In this document: positions 37,462 through 50,744 of the stretch, in pieces
Layout of the letters: each line of letters begins with the position of its first letter
How positions within the stretch are numbered: the stretch's first letter is position 1
NCBI RefSeq assembly: GCF_018350175.1
Contig: NC_058383.1
Span: forward strand, 30,382,001-30,446,000
Source of the DNA: Felis catus
Taxonomy: Eukaryota
DNA: 64,000 bases
Direction: 5' to 3'
Position numbers and translations under genes: made by a program
Notes under the pieces: model-generated
What the model saw: the letters and a program-made list of their open reading frames with translations, nothing else
What the model was told of the DNA's origin: nothing
The model's database searches: none

Positions 37462-38332
37462 TAAACATTCTTGATATTACCCCTGGACCTACATCAGAAT
37501 TCCCGGGGAGTTCTTTCAAACGGCGGATTCCAGAGTCCTACCACACACGGAATTAGAATTCGTGGAGGTGAAGCCAGGGAATTGGTATTTTATCAATTTC
37601 CTCAACGAGCCTCGGGTACTCGAAAATTTGAGAACTGTGAACCTAGGCGCTACTTTGACGTTTTGCTAAAAAGGGGAAGAAACCGGTTTGCGCCTTCATT
37701 TGATCTGATCAGTGTTTGTGAAACTTGATCAGAGCCACAGAACCCTTCCTTAAAATAAGTTCTTCATGAGGATTTCAGGACACAAAATCATCAGGGTAGA
37801 ACTGCACCCAGCCCCTGATTTGCAAGCCTCGAGATGGCTGAGGAGGGTAGAGGGTGTACCACAGAAGCCATATTGGGGGCTACCTGGCCCTGACAAGGAA
37901 CAGAACAGCCAAAGAGAGGAGGGCATGGTCCTACCTTGGATGTGGGGGAGGAGCCAGGCAGGTTGCAAAGCCTGATAGGAGCTAGAGCAGGGAGTCAGGG
38001 ATTGGCCAAGCCCAGGCTGGGGACAAAGACAGGCATCCTAAATATGGATCAGCCACAATGAGACTGGAGCCCAACATACAAAGAGAGATCAGCTATGGGA
38101 CACAGAGAGGCAAACAAGAGATCAACTTGGCCAAAGAGGTAGGCTCTATCTGGCCAGGGAGGAACTGGTAAGGAAAGGCGAGCTTTTGAGGGGGCAGCAG
38201 TGCTCCTGGGGACAGCTATGATCCATCACGGAGACCTCACACCCAGCTGTGAGCTGCTGAGGGGAAAAATGCAAGTTTTGTTCAATGTTGCATCCTGGAT
38301 ACGGAGCCCAGGACTTGCAGAGAAACTGTTCT

Positions 38333-39203
38333 CTGCGAGTAACTTGTTCTGCGAGTGTTCCATGAGACGAGCAAACATTTCTAATGCATTTTAATTTAAT
38401 AAGCAAGCGATGTCTTGCAATACAAGTAGTACATGACGCCGAACATCACGTGATCGCGAATGAGTCAGTGGTTCTTCTCTCTCTCGCTGCGGGACTGTGG
38501 GTGATCGTGTCCCATGCTCGGATGTTCAGTCTCAGGCTGCGGTCTTTGGCAGAAATCAGTGATGTTTCAGAACGCGGGAAGGTACCCACAACTGGCACTG
38601 GTGTATCTTTTGTCACTTCCAAGCACCTCCGGACAGTCCTTTGCTTTTCCAGACAAGAGTAAGCCTAGGAATGTTTTGCTTCATTCTAGGTCAGCCTGCC
38701 TGCGGATATAGACCCTTTCCTCTGATGCCTTACCGCCAGTTACATTAAATACAGTATATGACAAGAGTTTATTAACACTGCACTGTAGTCAACACCCGTG
38801 CGAGTGCATACAATGACCCCCATGCAGAAAAAGGTTCCATCAAGCCAACAGACAGCAGTGATTCCGTTAGTGATAATGAAAGTCGTCCTACACAATAACC
38901 CTCCTCTCTTGTTCTCTTGCCTCCCTCACACCAGCCACAGAGGTTTTCAAAGGTAAGCGCAGGTTAATCTATTTACCTTTTTTATTTTGTATTTTTGTTA
39001 TTATTTTGTATTATGTTAGTATATATTTGTATAGATTAGTGTATATTATACAGTATATTATATTTGTATTGTATTTTTGGGTTGTGGAACGAATCATCTC
39101 AACTTCCATTATTTCTTATGGGAAATTCGCTTCGACATACAAGCGCTTTGGATTACAAGCATGTTTCTGGAACAAATTATGCTTGCAAACCAAGGTTTTA
39201 CTG
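38333..39203. mobile_element. TcMar-Tigger DNA transposon derivative (Tigger6-like)
   Basis: Right end ...gcttgcaaaccaaggttttactg followed by TA; left part tgcgagtaacttgttctgcgag with a degraded terminus; internally deleted, no transposase ORF. Confidence 0.7.
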
Positions 39204-39584
39204 TATCTGTTGGCTGGATGGAGAGAGGGCGGGATGGATACACGGATGGAGGAAGGGCCCATATCTGCTACAAGCCCCTTGTTGCTCACTATGAAGCAAA
39301 GGTGCCCATTTCTGGGCTGGAGGGTCCCTGGAAGTGATGTTCAGGATTCCATACCTGCTCCCCACTCCAAGTAGTGGAAAAATCAGGCCAGCTCTAGCAA
39401 GTGGGCTTGTGAAGTCCAGTGGGGCAGCTTAAGACAAGCAACGTTTGCTTATGACTCTAAAACTCCTATGTTAGTGCTCACCTGCACCAGAAACGCACCT
39501 CTAAGCATCCTCAGACCTTAGCATGATAGGAAGAAGGAAAAGAAGCTTTTCTTTACTCAGTGACTGTTTGCTATTTTTAATTCA

Positions 39585-40260
39585 AAAATTCTATGGGGAT
39601 GTTTTATGCATCAGACACTGTGTAAGGCACTGGTGATAGAGCAGGAAAAAAAAAAATAGGCCAGATCCCTCTCTCTTGAAGTTTATGTTCTAATGAGGGA
39701 GTCAGGCCATAAACATGAAAACATGCAAATGAATGAGATCATTTGGAATGTGATCAATGCTATAAAAAAATTTTAAACAGGCAGATGTAGAAGAAACAAA
39801 CTGGCCAGGCAGGAAGTTTTTTTAGAAAAAGAGACCATTTGTAGAAGTGGCATTTGAGCTGAAATATGAATGACAAGGAGGCATGCAAACATTACAGCGA
39901 ATAGCACACCAAGCAGTGGTAGCAGCAAGTGCAAAGGCACTGGGGTGGGGAACAAGCGTCAAGTGTTGGAGGAAGGAAAGGAGGCCAGTGCACTTGTGAC
40001 TGAGTAGGAAAGGCACAGGGAGGTGTAGATGAGCAAGAAAGGGAGGCACAGACCAGATGATGCACGCCTCGCAGGGCATAGTGAGGACTCTGCGGGTGGA
40101 TGGTCTGACTGGAATCAGGAAACCTGGGAGGAGGCTAATGCAGGCCACCAGCAGGGAGATGATGGTGGCCTGGACCAAGGTGGTGCCCAGAAGCAGAGGG
40201 ATGCAGGGCACACTGTATAGATGGAGTTGAAAAAAGAAATAGGACTCAAGAGAGAAAAGA
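39585..40260 (-). mobile_element. L2 fragment
   Basis: cagacactgtgtaaggcactgg...gtggcatttgagctga...gcaagtgcaaaggc...gagatgatggtggcctggaccaaggtggtg. Confidence 0.75.
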
Positions 40261-41034
40261 ATCAAGCAGGCCAACAACCATGGGGGATGATGGATGAGGA
40301 ACGGCTTATGATCCCCATTTGCTCAACTAGGAAGACTGAGGTCCAGGCCACCGGGCCGGAAACCGTCAGGGCCAGGATATGAAACCAGGTCTGTGTGGCT
40401 CCAGAGCCCAGCGCACTCCTTCCAGTCTGCCTTCTTTTTATGGAGCTTTTGTGCTTATGGTCACTGGCAAAGAACAGGTGTGTGGGATTAGTGCATAGTC
40501 CCTCTAGCCAACTGCTCCTCTTTTGGGGACGAGAAGTGGACCTCGCTCTAGTTAATGCCATGCTGCTTATTGATTTAGGCAAATGCCTGGCGGCTCCAAT
40601 TCATCTTCCAAAGGGTAATGTAATAAGGGCCTGCATTATACTGTAGCTTTCTCTGGGCTCTAAACACACCACCCTCCTTAGCCTCGCAACCTCCTCTATG
40701 AGTCACGGAAATGAACCCACGGCACTGACCAATCGGTCAGGCATATCTTTTCCATTTACAGAAGCTGGAGTCGGGAGCATGGCAAGAGCAGGAGACAGAG
40801 AGAGGCTCCTGAATAGCTGGGTGTCCTTCTTGAGTCACTTAACCTCTCCGAGCCTTAAGCTTCTCTTCTGAAAAATGGGGTAATAACCCTATGCTGTCAA
40901 TCTCAGAGAGTTCGAGCAGAAATATAGAAGGCATTGCATGTCAAAGTCATTTGTGAGCTGAATTATGTGACATTACGATTACTATTAGGAACTTTTTACT
41001 CTAACGTGAGGGGATGAGGTAGAAAGAGCCAATG

Positions 41035-41500
41035 AGCGATTCAATAAAAATTTCTTGAGCCTCTACTATGTGCCAGATGCCAGTAATTCAGTGGTAGGCA
41101 ACACAGATATGACATGTGGTCTCCACCTCTGCGGAGCTTATGACAGCCTAGCCTGGAAGAGAATTCGCAAACGATCACATCAGCAAATACATAATTTCAC
41201 AGGGTTAGGACATGTGTTTAAAGAAACATGCAGGGTGACATTAAAGCACAAAGAGGGGGTCCTGGGGGAAATGCTTGAGCTGAATTCTGAAGGAAGCATG
41301 GGAGTTAGCTATGAGATGGGAAACTATGGGGAAGGATAAGAGTATCCCAGGTAGTAGGAACAGCACATGCAAAGGCCCTGAGGCAGTAGGAGTATGGTGC
41401 ATGTGGGAGAAGCCTCCTCCCCAACCCCAAAACCCATGGTAGCTGGAACAGTGTTAGTAAGAGTGGGGTCCTAAAACAATTATCCCTAGTTGCTCTGCAG
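41035..41500 (-). mobile_element. L2 fragment
   Basis: ttcaataaaaatttcttgagcctctactatgtgccag...ttgagctgaattctgaagga...gaacagcacatgcaaaggccctgaggcag. Confidence 0.8.
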
Positions 41501-42581
41501 GAAGTGGAGGAAGGGAAGAGAACTAGAGAAAAGAGAGCGAAGTACAGAATGATTAAACAGATGTGTATATTACCAAGTACAAGTTTGCATAAGGGACTGG
41601 AATAGGGATACTGTCAGAGAACAACAAAGGGATCTCTCATCCAGCCAGAATGGTAATGGGGGAAGGGAGATGAGGAAGATTCTGGGACAAACTGACAACT
41701 GAGCTCTTGCTTTTTGAGGACATTTAGCAGTTGGAGAGGTGGATCCGCAGGTGGAGGGAAATATGTACGCAAAATACAGCACAACATGATGTATTCAGAG
41801 ACCTGCAAACAGTTCAGTGGAAGGAGGATCAAGGGTGCACAGAAGCAAGGAAGGAGGCCAGTGAAGAACTCAGGACCCTGATCTTGAACGACACCTCAGG
41901 CTTATGAAGGACTGACTCTACATGAGGAAGTTCAGTTGGGAAGAATGTTTCATACATTTGATAGAATGGAGTAAAAAAAAAAAAATCTGATACACGTGTA
42001 CAAAGCTCTAAGGTTGAGCCAAGGAAAGGCTGGAACGGAGAGGACTTAGGAAGTCACTTCTAAAGTTCAGGCAAGAGATGGGTGTGGAACCACAGGGCAA
42101 CAGTGTGAACTGGAGGAGAGGCGGGCGGGCAAGGATCCCGGGTTCGAGCTCCCCAGCTTGTCCCTTTGCCCAATCTCCAAGGCGAAGGGTTCGTCTCCGC
42201 CCCATGCTCTCACCCGGCAGTCTGCCCTGAACTCCAGCCTTCAAGGCTCCCTTAGCTACAACTACCTTCTCCCTTGCTGCTGCCCACCCCCCAATCTTGG
42301 TCAGAGGCTCTGCAAAACCAACGCTGCTGATGCATGTTATATAACACTGTTGTTTCTATCCTATGAGAACTAAGGGAGGAAAAAAAAGTCTGCCTGACAA
42401 GTAATTTTGTATGTAAAAAACAATCTGCCAGAGGCTAGGGGAAGTGTACCTGTGGTTCCTCCACACTGGCACATACAGCTGCTTTGCCTGATGACTACCC
42501 TGCCTTCAGACATCCTGGAAGCAGAACATGATTACACAAGAGAAGCAAGAATGCCCTTTCCCCTTTCAGGAAACATGGCAA

Positions 42582-42587
<6 letters not shown>

Positions 42588-42635
<48 letters not shown>
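42588..42635. repeat. (TG)n microsatellite
   Basis: Direct. Confidence 0.98.
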
Positions 42636-42637
<2 letters not shown>

Positions 42638-43039
42638 CTCCACACTTTCCTTTTCCTTACAAAATTGCACTAAGGAAAATGCTTGATTTCTCAAATGCAA
42701 AGTGACGATAATAATAGTGGCTGGTGAGAATAAAATGAAATAATGCATATAAATAGGGTCTTACGTGATACTTGGCACATAGTAGGCATTCATTAAAGGG
42801 TTTTCTGAACTGCCTTTTTAGTAAGAGCTTAACTCTCTTGCCAGGCTCTGTGCTACTGGCTTTACCTGCATTAGATACATCATTGGACACTTAGGGGCTG
42901 TCTGTGGTCCTGAATTACCTTGGGCAGCTCAGGGACTTTTTCCCCCCTAATTCTTGGAAGCTGGTTTTATACCTCACCATCCACCATCTCCCAAGAATTC
43001 CTAACCATGTGACTTTCAAAAGACCTAATTTTAGGTCTT

Positions 43040-43860
43040 TTTGAAAATCAACTTTATTGGGTATAATTTATGTACAATTAAATGCACTCATTTTAATTGT
43101 ACATTTTGAAGGCTTTCGACAAATTTATATACTCGTTTAGCCATCACCATCACCAAGCTACAGAACATTTCCGTCATCCTCAAAAGCCCCCTTGGGCCTT
43201 ATATGAATTAAATACTACACCTTCAGCCACAGGAAAAAAAAACCCCACTTATTTCCCTTCAGACACTATAGATGTGATTTGTCAGTTCTAGACTTCACAT
43301 TAATGGAATTACATGGTATGTTCTCATTTATATCTGCCTTCTTTCCCTCCACATAATTTCTTTGGAATTCATCCATATTAATGCATATATCACTAGTTAA
43401 CTCATTTTCATTGTTAAGTAACATCCCACGAGTAGTTTACCTATTAACCTATAGACGGATTTTTGGGTTGCTTCCAGAACTATTATGAATAAAGCTGCTA
43501 TGAACATCAGCGTACAAGTCTTTCCACTGACATGTTTACATGTATCTTGAGTAAATACCTAGAGTGCAACTGATGAGTCATACGGTCCAGTGCAGATTTA
43601 ACTTTATGGAAGAAGTGCCAAACTCCTTTTGGTTGTAGACTTCGACACCTGCCATATATGAAAATTCTAGTGGCCTCCACATTTTTGTCATCGCTGGATA
43701 CTCTATTTAATGCAGTCATTCTATAGGGTGGTATCTTATTACGGTTTTCATTTGCATTTCCCCGGGGGCTAATGATGTTGAGCATCTTTTCAGGAGCTGA
43801 TCAGCCATTTGTGTATCTTCTTTGGTGAACTGTCTGCTCAAATTTTTTGCTCTTTTACGT
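43040..43860 (-). mobile_element. Old L1 (L1MB/MC-type) 3' region
   Basis: aactttattgggtataattta..aatgcactcattttaa; minus-strand translation KRAKNLSRQFTKEDTQMADQLLKRCSTSL is L1 ORF2 C-terminal. Confidence 0.88.
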
Positions 43861-43984
43861 ATGATGTTAATACCACCAACAAATCCAAGACCTTTATGGG
43901 TAGAAATTATCAAAACAGAGTTACAGGAAGACAAAATCAACCTCGGGATGACACCATCCATGAGAATGCCCCTCCACCCTGCCT

Positions 43985-44019
<35 letters not shown>

Positions 44020-44377
44020 CACACAAATACACACACCTTCATTCTGAATTACTGAGCTCTTTGGACTAATAGGTATCACCAACATGGGTGTGGATGCACA
44101 ACAGAGAAGTAGGCAGAATGACAGACTGGCAATTATCTGCTGTGTTATTTCAAACCACCCCCTTGCTAGCTGGTTGGCCCCATGTAAGTCACTTGTTTCT
44201 TTGATCCCCATCCCAGTTGTCTACCAAATGTAACCTACCTAAATGTACTGGGAAAACTAAAGCCATGGTACACAAAATGTCTGTTGCATAATAGATACTC
44301 AGATATAGAACTATTAGTTCCATCCCAAACATACATCAGTGATGTGTCACAGAACGCTACTTTAGAAATCAGCTCCC

Positions 44378-44585
44378 GGGGCGCCTGGGTGGCTCAGTCG
44401 GTTAAGCGGCCGACTTCGGCTCAGGTCATGATCTCACGGTCCGTGGGTTCGAGCCCCGTGTCAGGCTCTGTGCTGACAGTTCAGAGCCTGGAGCCTATTT
44501 CAGATTCTGTGTCTCCCTCTCTCTGAGCCTCCCCTGTTCATGCTCTGTCTCTCCCTGTCTCAAAAATAAATAAAACATTAAAAAA
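44378..44585 (+). mobile_element. CAN-SINE
   Basis: TSD aaatcagctccc (44366-44377, 44586-44597). Confidence 0.96.
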
Positions 44586-44637
44586 AAATCAGCTCCCCCC
44601 CTCAAAAAAAAAAAAAACTGAAGTTTCAAAAAAAAAT

Positions 44638-44832
44638 GCTGTGGCTCTGTCTGGTAAGCGTCTGACACTTGGTTTCGGCTCGCACCGTTTGTGGGTTTGA
44701 GTCCCGCATCGGGCTCTGCACTGACAGCGTAGAGCCTGCTTGGGACTCTCTTTCTCCTTCTCTCTGTACCACCCCTGCTCGCTCACTTTCTCTCTCCCAA
44801 AATAAATAAATGAATAAACATTAAAACAAAAT
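44638..44832 (+). mobile_element. Older CAN-SINE lacking its extreme 5' head
   Basis: gtggctctgtctggtaagcgtctgac...gggctctgcactgacagcgtagagcctgcttggga...aaataaataa. Confidence 0.88.
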
Positions 44833-46104
44833 GTATTTAGCTCCTAAGTCTAGGACCAGTGGCTGAGGCAAGGATCGGCCACGAGATCTTCAGCTAAGCT
44901 CACTGACACGTCAGGACGGGCCGACTGTCGAAAATCTCAGACGGGGCTACCGGGGGTCCCAGGGATGCTTCACATGTCTGTCATCCTCCAGCAGGCCCGT
45001 CTGGGCAGTGATGGAGGTGCAATAAGTCCAAGTAGAGACACACAGGGTCTCTTCAGCTCTGGGCTCAGAACCAGTGCACGGTCACCTCTGTCAAACTTGT
45101 CAAAGCACATCGAAGGCCACACCAAAGTTAAGAGGTTGGGGAACCAGCTCTGCCTCTTTGCGATGACAACTGCAACGTCACACAGAAAAGACTGTGTGTG
45201 TGGAAGAGGGCTGAAGAATTGGGTCTGCCATGACCGTCTGCCAGTGGACCAAACAATGCCCAAGTGGACCAAAACGATAAACTGAAATTACTTCCTGCTC
45301 TCGTATCTCACTAATTCTGGAATGAGGCTAAATGCCTATGATCCAATTTCCCTCATCTGAGGGAAAAAAGAACGTCGCAACGACCTGACTTCTGTGAGAC
45401 ATGAGTCAGCGTTACTGTTCATTACCAAGTCTAGCAGGGCCAGGAGGTGAAAGGGAAGCTGCGAAGTCGGGTCACTGGCAAAGAGGTGCTGGTACTGTTC
45501 ACTGCCTCTACCCCCACCAACTCCATTCCTCTGTGTTCCCCTCTATCCTTCCTAATGGGCTAGATTCCAAGGACCAAACAGGCTCCTTCTTTGCTTGCGG
45601 GAAGGGAAGATTCTGGTCTCAGACGGTGGTATCTCATAATTAGCCTCCTCCGCTTTGTCAGTGATGGGCTAAGCCATCTTGGACTGGAATCCCGAAAGCA
45701 GTAGAGGTAGGAGCAGGTGGAAAACACCTGCCTTGTTATGAACTGACCAACTCACGCTGACTACTCCTCTCATTCTCCCCATCTACAGACATAACAGTGG
45801 GCTCCTGGCATGTCTTTGTATGACGGAACAGCAACACCCCCATGCCTGAGTCAGGCCATATGAATACAAGCGGGCCCCTGATCCAAGCTGGGATAGACTC
45901 CTTCCTTTAGAATTTTGAATTGGATAGTCACCCCCTTCTGGTGGCTGGCTCTGTAATGGTGTGGGGCAAGCGTGGGGGTTGGCAGATTCCGCCCATTATG
46001 AAGACCATGTGAATCAGACGAGCAGAGAAAGAAAAGTTTTCGGCAAAGCAAAGGATGAAGCACAGAGTAGGAAAGAAAATCTAAATGGCTTCCAAATCCC
46101 TGGT

Positions 46105-46710
46105 TTGAGTAACTTCGTATAATGAAATTCTGTTGTTTGCCTGCCCAATATTCATTCTTCTTAACGTGGGTACTAATACTTTGAATTTCCTTTGGAGAAC
46201 CATTCTTTTCCCAGCCTCAGCGCCAGTCATTCCCATAAGGGCTGACCACACCCTAATTCCAGGGCATGGTGTGGCCCCCAAGCCTGGCCAGATAAGAACA
46301 TGGTGTCCCTCCGCCCACAGTTGTAATTTCAAGGATGGGAATATGACCCAATGAGAGCCAGCAAATCTCAGGATTTAGGCAGCTGAGGCTAGAAGAAAGA
46401 GCACCCTCTCTTTCCCACTGGCTCGAAGCTGTATGGATGTAAGCCAATCATTGCTGGCTACCATCATGGTACCGCTAGGATAAAGCCTGCCCGAAAATAG
46501 AGCCAACGTGGCAGAAGGCAGGGCTGAGAGACGGAAACGAAGTCCCAGGGACACGGCTGTGGCTTGAGTTCCTGGATCCATCTGTGACAGAAACAAATCT
46601 TCCGCGAACTTTTTAGACACAAGCCAATAAGTTTGGTTTGGTTTTGTTTTTTTTTTTTTGTCTTAGGAAGTGAGCTGGGTTTTCTGTTTCTTACAACCAA
46701 AGGGCATCAG
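46105..46710 (+). mobile_element. Old MLT1 (J/K-like) LTR
   Basis: gggaatatgacccaatgagagc...gttcctggatcca...agccaataa...gagctgggttttctgtttcttacaacc. Confidence 0.7.
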
Positions 46711-48674
46711 TGTGACTTCCCTGAAGCCAACTTCCATTCCTGTCCGTGCAAGATCCCTAGAGAATTCTCTAAATCCCTCTTTTTTCACCTATAAATCTTG
46801 AGGGGTTCCTCTTACCAACAATCAAGAGTCACAACCGTGCCTTTCTACCTTATATCACATGAGGATGAAGAACGAAGGTAGAAGGACACTCTAACCTTCA
46901 CTCTGTGCCATGCACTATCCTAGGCACTCCGCTGCACCCAGTTCTGCCACAGTACAGCACGTGCATCCCTAAACGTCAATGCACCGGGCAAAATCACGCA
47001 GCAAACATCACAGAGCTTCTGGGAAAGCGAGGCTGGGGGACAGCACTCAGAAACCTCACCAGCGAGGCATTTGAAAGGAAAAAACACAGGAACCTCATCC
47101 AAATGGTAGCACAGTTTTACATGGAGTCTGCAGTCTTAAAATGCATGCACCTGACAATAAATGTGACAGTTTACCTTGGAAATGACCTGAAGGCGGCTGC
47201 TGGAGGTGTGTGTTGTAAGGGCTGCAACTGGGGTTGTGAAGACGTGGGACTCCTGTTGGCTATCCAAAATCAGATGGGAAGCTTTACCAGCAGGCGTGAA
47301 TGGGTAGGGCTCATAGTTCACCTGGGAGACATCTGAGGTGTGCGCATGTGTGCCCTGGGGGTAGTCCTGCATGGCTCAGTTCGGGTGAGTGCAGTTTTCA
47401 TTCGCCTATTGTCTCTCGCTGATGAAACTGCACACAAGCAAGTGTGAAATCCGCATTATAGTCAAAACCATTTCCTAACAGATTAATCGCACGGCAACAA
47501 ATGCATGTGTTGGGGGCCAGTGTGGCAGCAGAACTGTCTCACGTGAGCCCAACCTCTAACCTTGGGACATAGATAGGATTTCTCCCCATTTTACAAGGGA
47601 AGACACTGAGGTTCAGAGAGCCAGTGAGTGGCCAACCTACGATTCAAACTCATGTTTATCAGACCGTAGCACTCACCTGCTTTCCACGCGGGCATGCTTC
47701 ACCTAAACACCGCTATTTCCTATGATACTTGCCTAAGTTTCCCTACCTCTGACTGTCAAGTCTCAAGAATGACACAAGTTTCTGCACTGAAGTTTTTTAA
47801 ACGTGGCACAGTATGTGGGACTGCATCAGATTGCTCGCTCTGCCTAAGTTATCCCATCTGTAAAATGGGCCAGTGTCCATTTGCTACCCACGCGGATCAC
47901 GGAGAGGGCACAGGGGCTGGATACACCATGGACAAGGCAACAGCGCTCCTACCGCTCACAAAACACACTGGGACCTCTTCATCCAAACCATTCCACCGGA
48001 CAGAGGAAGAAACTGAGGGCCAGAGACAGCAGGGGACTCACCAAGGTCACTCAGGAAAACAATGGCAAGAGAGGGATTAAAATTGGAGGCTGCGGACCCT
48101 TAGCGAAATCATTTCCAAAAAGCATGGGGTAAGACCCACCATAGCCAGGGTGCCCAGCGGCACTTTGTTTAGCCAATGTCTTCTCAGACGAGGCCTTCTC
48201 TGGCAACATCACAGGGCTACAGGAGTGGCCTGAGGCTGTGTGCTCAGCCTTCTAAGCCCTGCAGTTCTGCAAAGCCACTAGGATGCACACAAGCCCACAG
48301 CTGACTATTCTGACACTGAGTCATAGCCCGGTGCAAGGAGCCAGGCTAATCAATCACTCAACCAATATTTACTGAGAACTCCCCCATCAGTGACTCCCTC
48401 TCTTTTTTGCCTTTTGGGATTCACATCCCCCTTTGCATTCCTCGCTATAAATGTTTTTATAGGGTCTACCTATCCATCAACCTGCATTTACTAGGGAATA
48501 ATTCATTATTTTTTACCATATTTTATTCATCAAAACCTTAAAGAGCTGCCACTCAATGCCTCTGGCCTGCAGGAGATAAGTACCCTACACTGTAACACTA
48601 GACAATCGTGTGATTCCAGCCAAGAGAGAGAGAGAAAAAAAAAAAAAAGGATATTTCAACTCACTCATAAGGTC

Positions 48675-49110
48675 TGGATCTCAGGCTGGGTTCCCTCAGA
48701 TGCAGGTTCTGAAATAAAGTTTGGATGCAAATAGTTTGTTTAGTAGGTAGGAAGGAACAGGGAAGATAGACAAGAAAGGAATGTAAGCCCATCCCTTGTT
48801 AAAGGTCATATTACTACCAGGAACAACTGGTGGGGAAGGGGGGAGCCCTGTCAGACGCTATAGAATGTGCCCCAGAACTGTCTCACCCAAGAGATGAGAA
48901 AGTTGGGTACCCATCACTAGCGGAGGGCTCCTCCCACGGGCGCCAACACTCAGCACTTCTAGCCCACCTCGCATGCAAGAGAACACGCCAGAGAAAGCCC
49001 TCCAGCAGAAGGAGTAGGAGGTTCCTGTAGTAAGGAGGATTCCACGAGGGTAGATGGGAATGCAAGCGCCCAGGGTGTATGGCAGGGCCCCAATACATCT
49101 GCTCCACCCG
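48675..49110 (-). mobile_element. ERVL-class solo LTR (LTR16/LTR67-like)
   Basis: tctcaggctgggttccctcagatgcagg..ctgaaataaag..gcaaatagtttgttt; same family appears at about 61275. Confidence 0.55.
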
Positions 49111-49865
49111 GTCATAAACAAAAATGTTCAGCTCTTAAAAGAAATCTGAAATCGCAGAACCAATAGTTATAGAGGACATTTAGCGCTTACTGGGTGCCCG
49201 CCATTATGCAAACACTTGACGTAAATCATCTCACTTAATACGACAGCAACTCGGTGCGGGCCTTGCGATTATACTCCCTTCAGAGGTGAGAAAAGGGATT
49301 CTTGGAGAACTTCAATAAAACTGCACGAGGTCAAGGGGCTAAGAAGAAGCCGGTCTAAGATTCAAACCCACGTGTTTCTGACAGCAACACCTTTCTCCGA
49401 CCTCAAGCCGGCAGAAGGCGAGACGGAGGCGGATCTCTCTAACTCTGGAAGACGAGGGGTCTGCAAGAGAGACAGGGTCCCAGAAAGGTCATAGCTAGGT
49501 AAGGTCTACGCAGCCCGTCCATTCCTCCACCTTCCGGTATGAGCGCTCTGTCTCTTCTGCCTCGGTGCGCCGTGGCCTTGGAAGACTAACCCCACTTCCG
49601 GGATCTAGCACATGACCCGGGCCTGACCAATGAGACAATTCCACTACCACTCCCAGACAGTGATTGGTTCAGGGAAGGTCATATGACCCAGCTAGCTCAA
49701 TAACAACGCATACGCTAGCTTTAAATAGGAACAAGTCTCTTCCCTTAAGGTTGCTGAGTTGAAGGGCGACAGTCACTGAGGTCCGTCCCTGCCACCACCT
49801 GGGGAGAGGCCACCTGACAGTGAAGGCACAGAGAGGCGAGCAGGGCCTAGAGACGGAGACGGATT

Positions 49866-50420
49866 TTTAAAAAATAAACGCTATTGAGGTATAATTGACA
49901 CATAATAAAATGCACCCGTCTCAAGTGTACAATTCGATCAGTTGTGGCGTATTAGTCAGGTTAACACCCATGACAATGGAGAGAGGACATTTTCATCACC
50001 TCAGGAAGGTCTGTTTGAAGTCAATTACTCCATCCCAACCCCAGGCAACCCCTGGTCTGCTTTCTATCGCTATAGTTTTACCTTTTTTTGAATCTCATGA
50101 ATAGATTCATACAGTATGTACCTGGCTTCTTTCACCCCCCAGAATGCTTTTGAGATTCAAGCGTGTTTTTTTTTTTTTTTGCATGTATCCATATTCATTC
50201 TTTTTTATTGCTGAGAATTATTCCATTGTGTGGATGTACCACAGTTTGTTTATTGGGCAATTGGGTTGTCTCCAGTTTCGGGCTAATCTGAATAAAGCTT
50301 CTATGAATATTAGTGTAGATTCCTTTGTGTGGATGTAATTTTCAGTTCTCTTGGGTAGATACATAGGAGTGGAATTTCTGGGCTGCAAGCTCCGTGTTGG
50401 AAGTTTACGTTTCCCTTTAT
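49866..50420 (-). mobile_element. Old L1 3' fragment
   Basis: attgaggtataattgacacataataaaatgcac...ttccattgtgtggatgtaccacagtttg...gggtagatacataggagtggaatt. Confidence 0.88.
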
Positions 50421-50718
50421 AAGGAACAAAAGGCAGAGTTTTAACAACCTCTTTTGATCTGCCCCGTTCATTAGCATTGATGGACACATTTGCATTTGAC
50501 AGAAGGTACCCGACAGTGAGATCCCAGCTTTACCACTGCAGAGTTCAGCAGCGACCAGGCCCTACGGAGTGAGGCTAACCTGGTGTAGGGAAGCATCTCA
50601 GGAATCTGCACATTCAGCCAACCTAGGAACTTCGAGAGTCTGTTTGTTATGCAGTGGGCACCATTCAAGATGTATGATGTGTGTGTCTGGCGAAGGTGGT
50701 GATTATCACCCTTAGTCT

Positions 50719-50744
50719 TAACCGACTGAGCCACCCAGGGGCCC
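50719..50744 (-). mobile_element. 26-bp CAN-SINE 5' head with its own TSD, inside a MIR
   Basis: Reverse complement gggcccctgggtggctcagtcggtta; flanked by tatcaccctt(a/g)gtct at 50704-50718 and 50745-50759. Confidence 0.85.
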
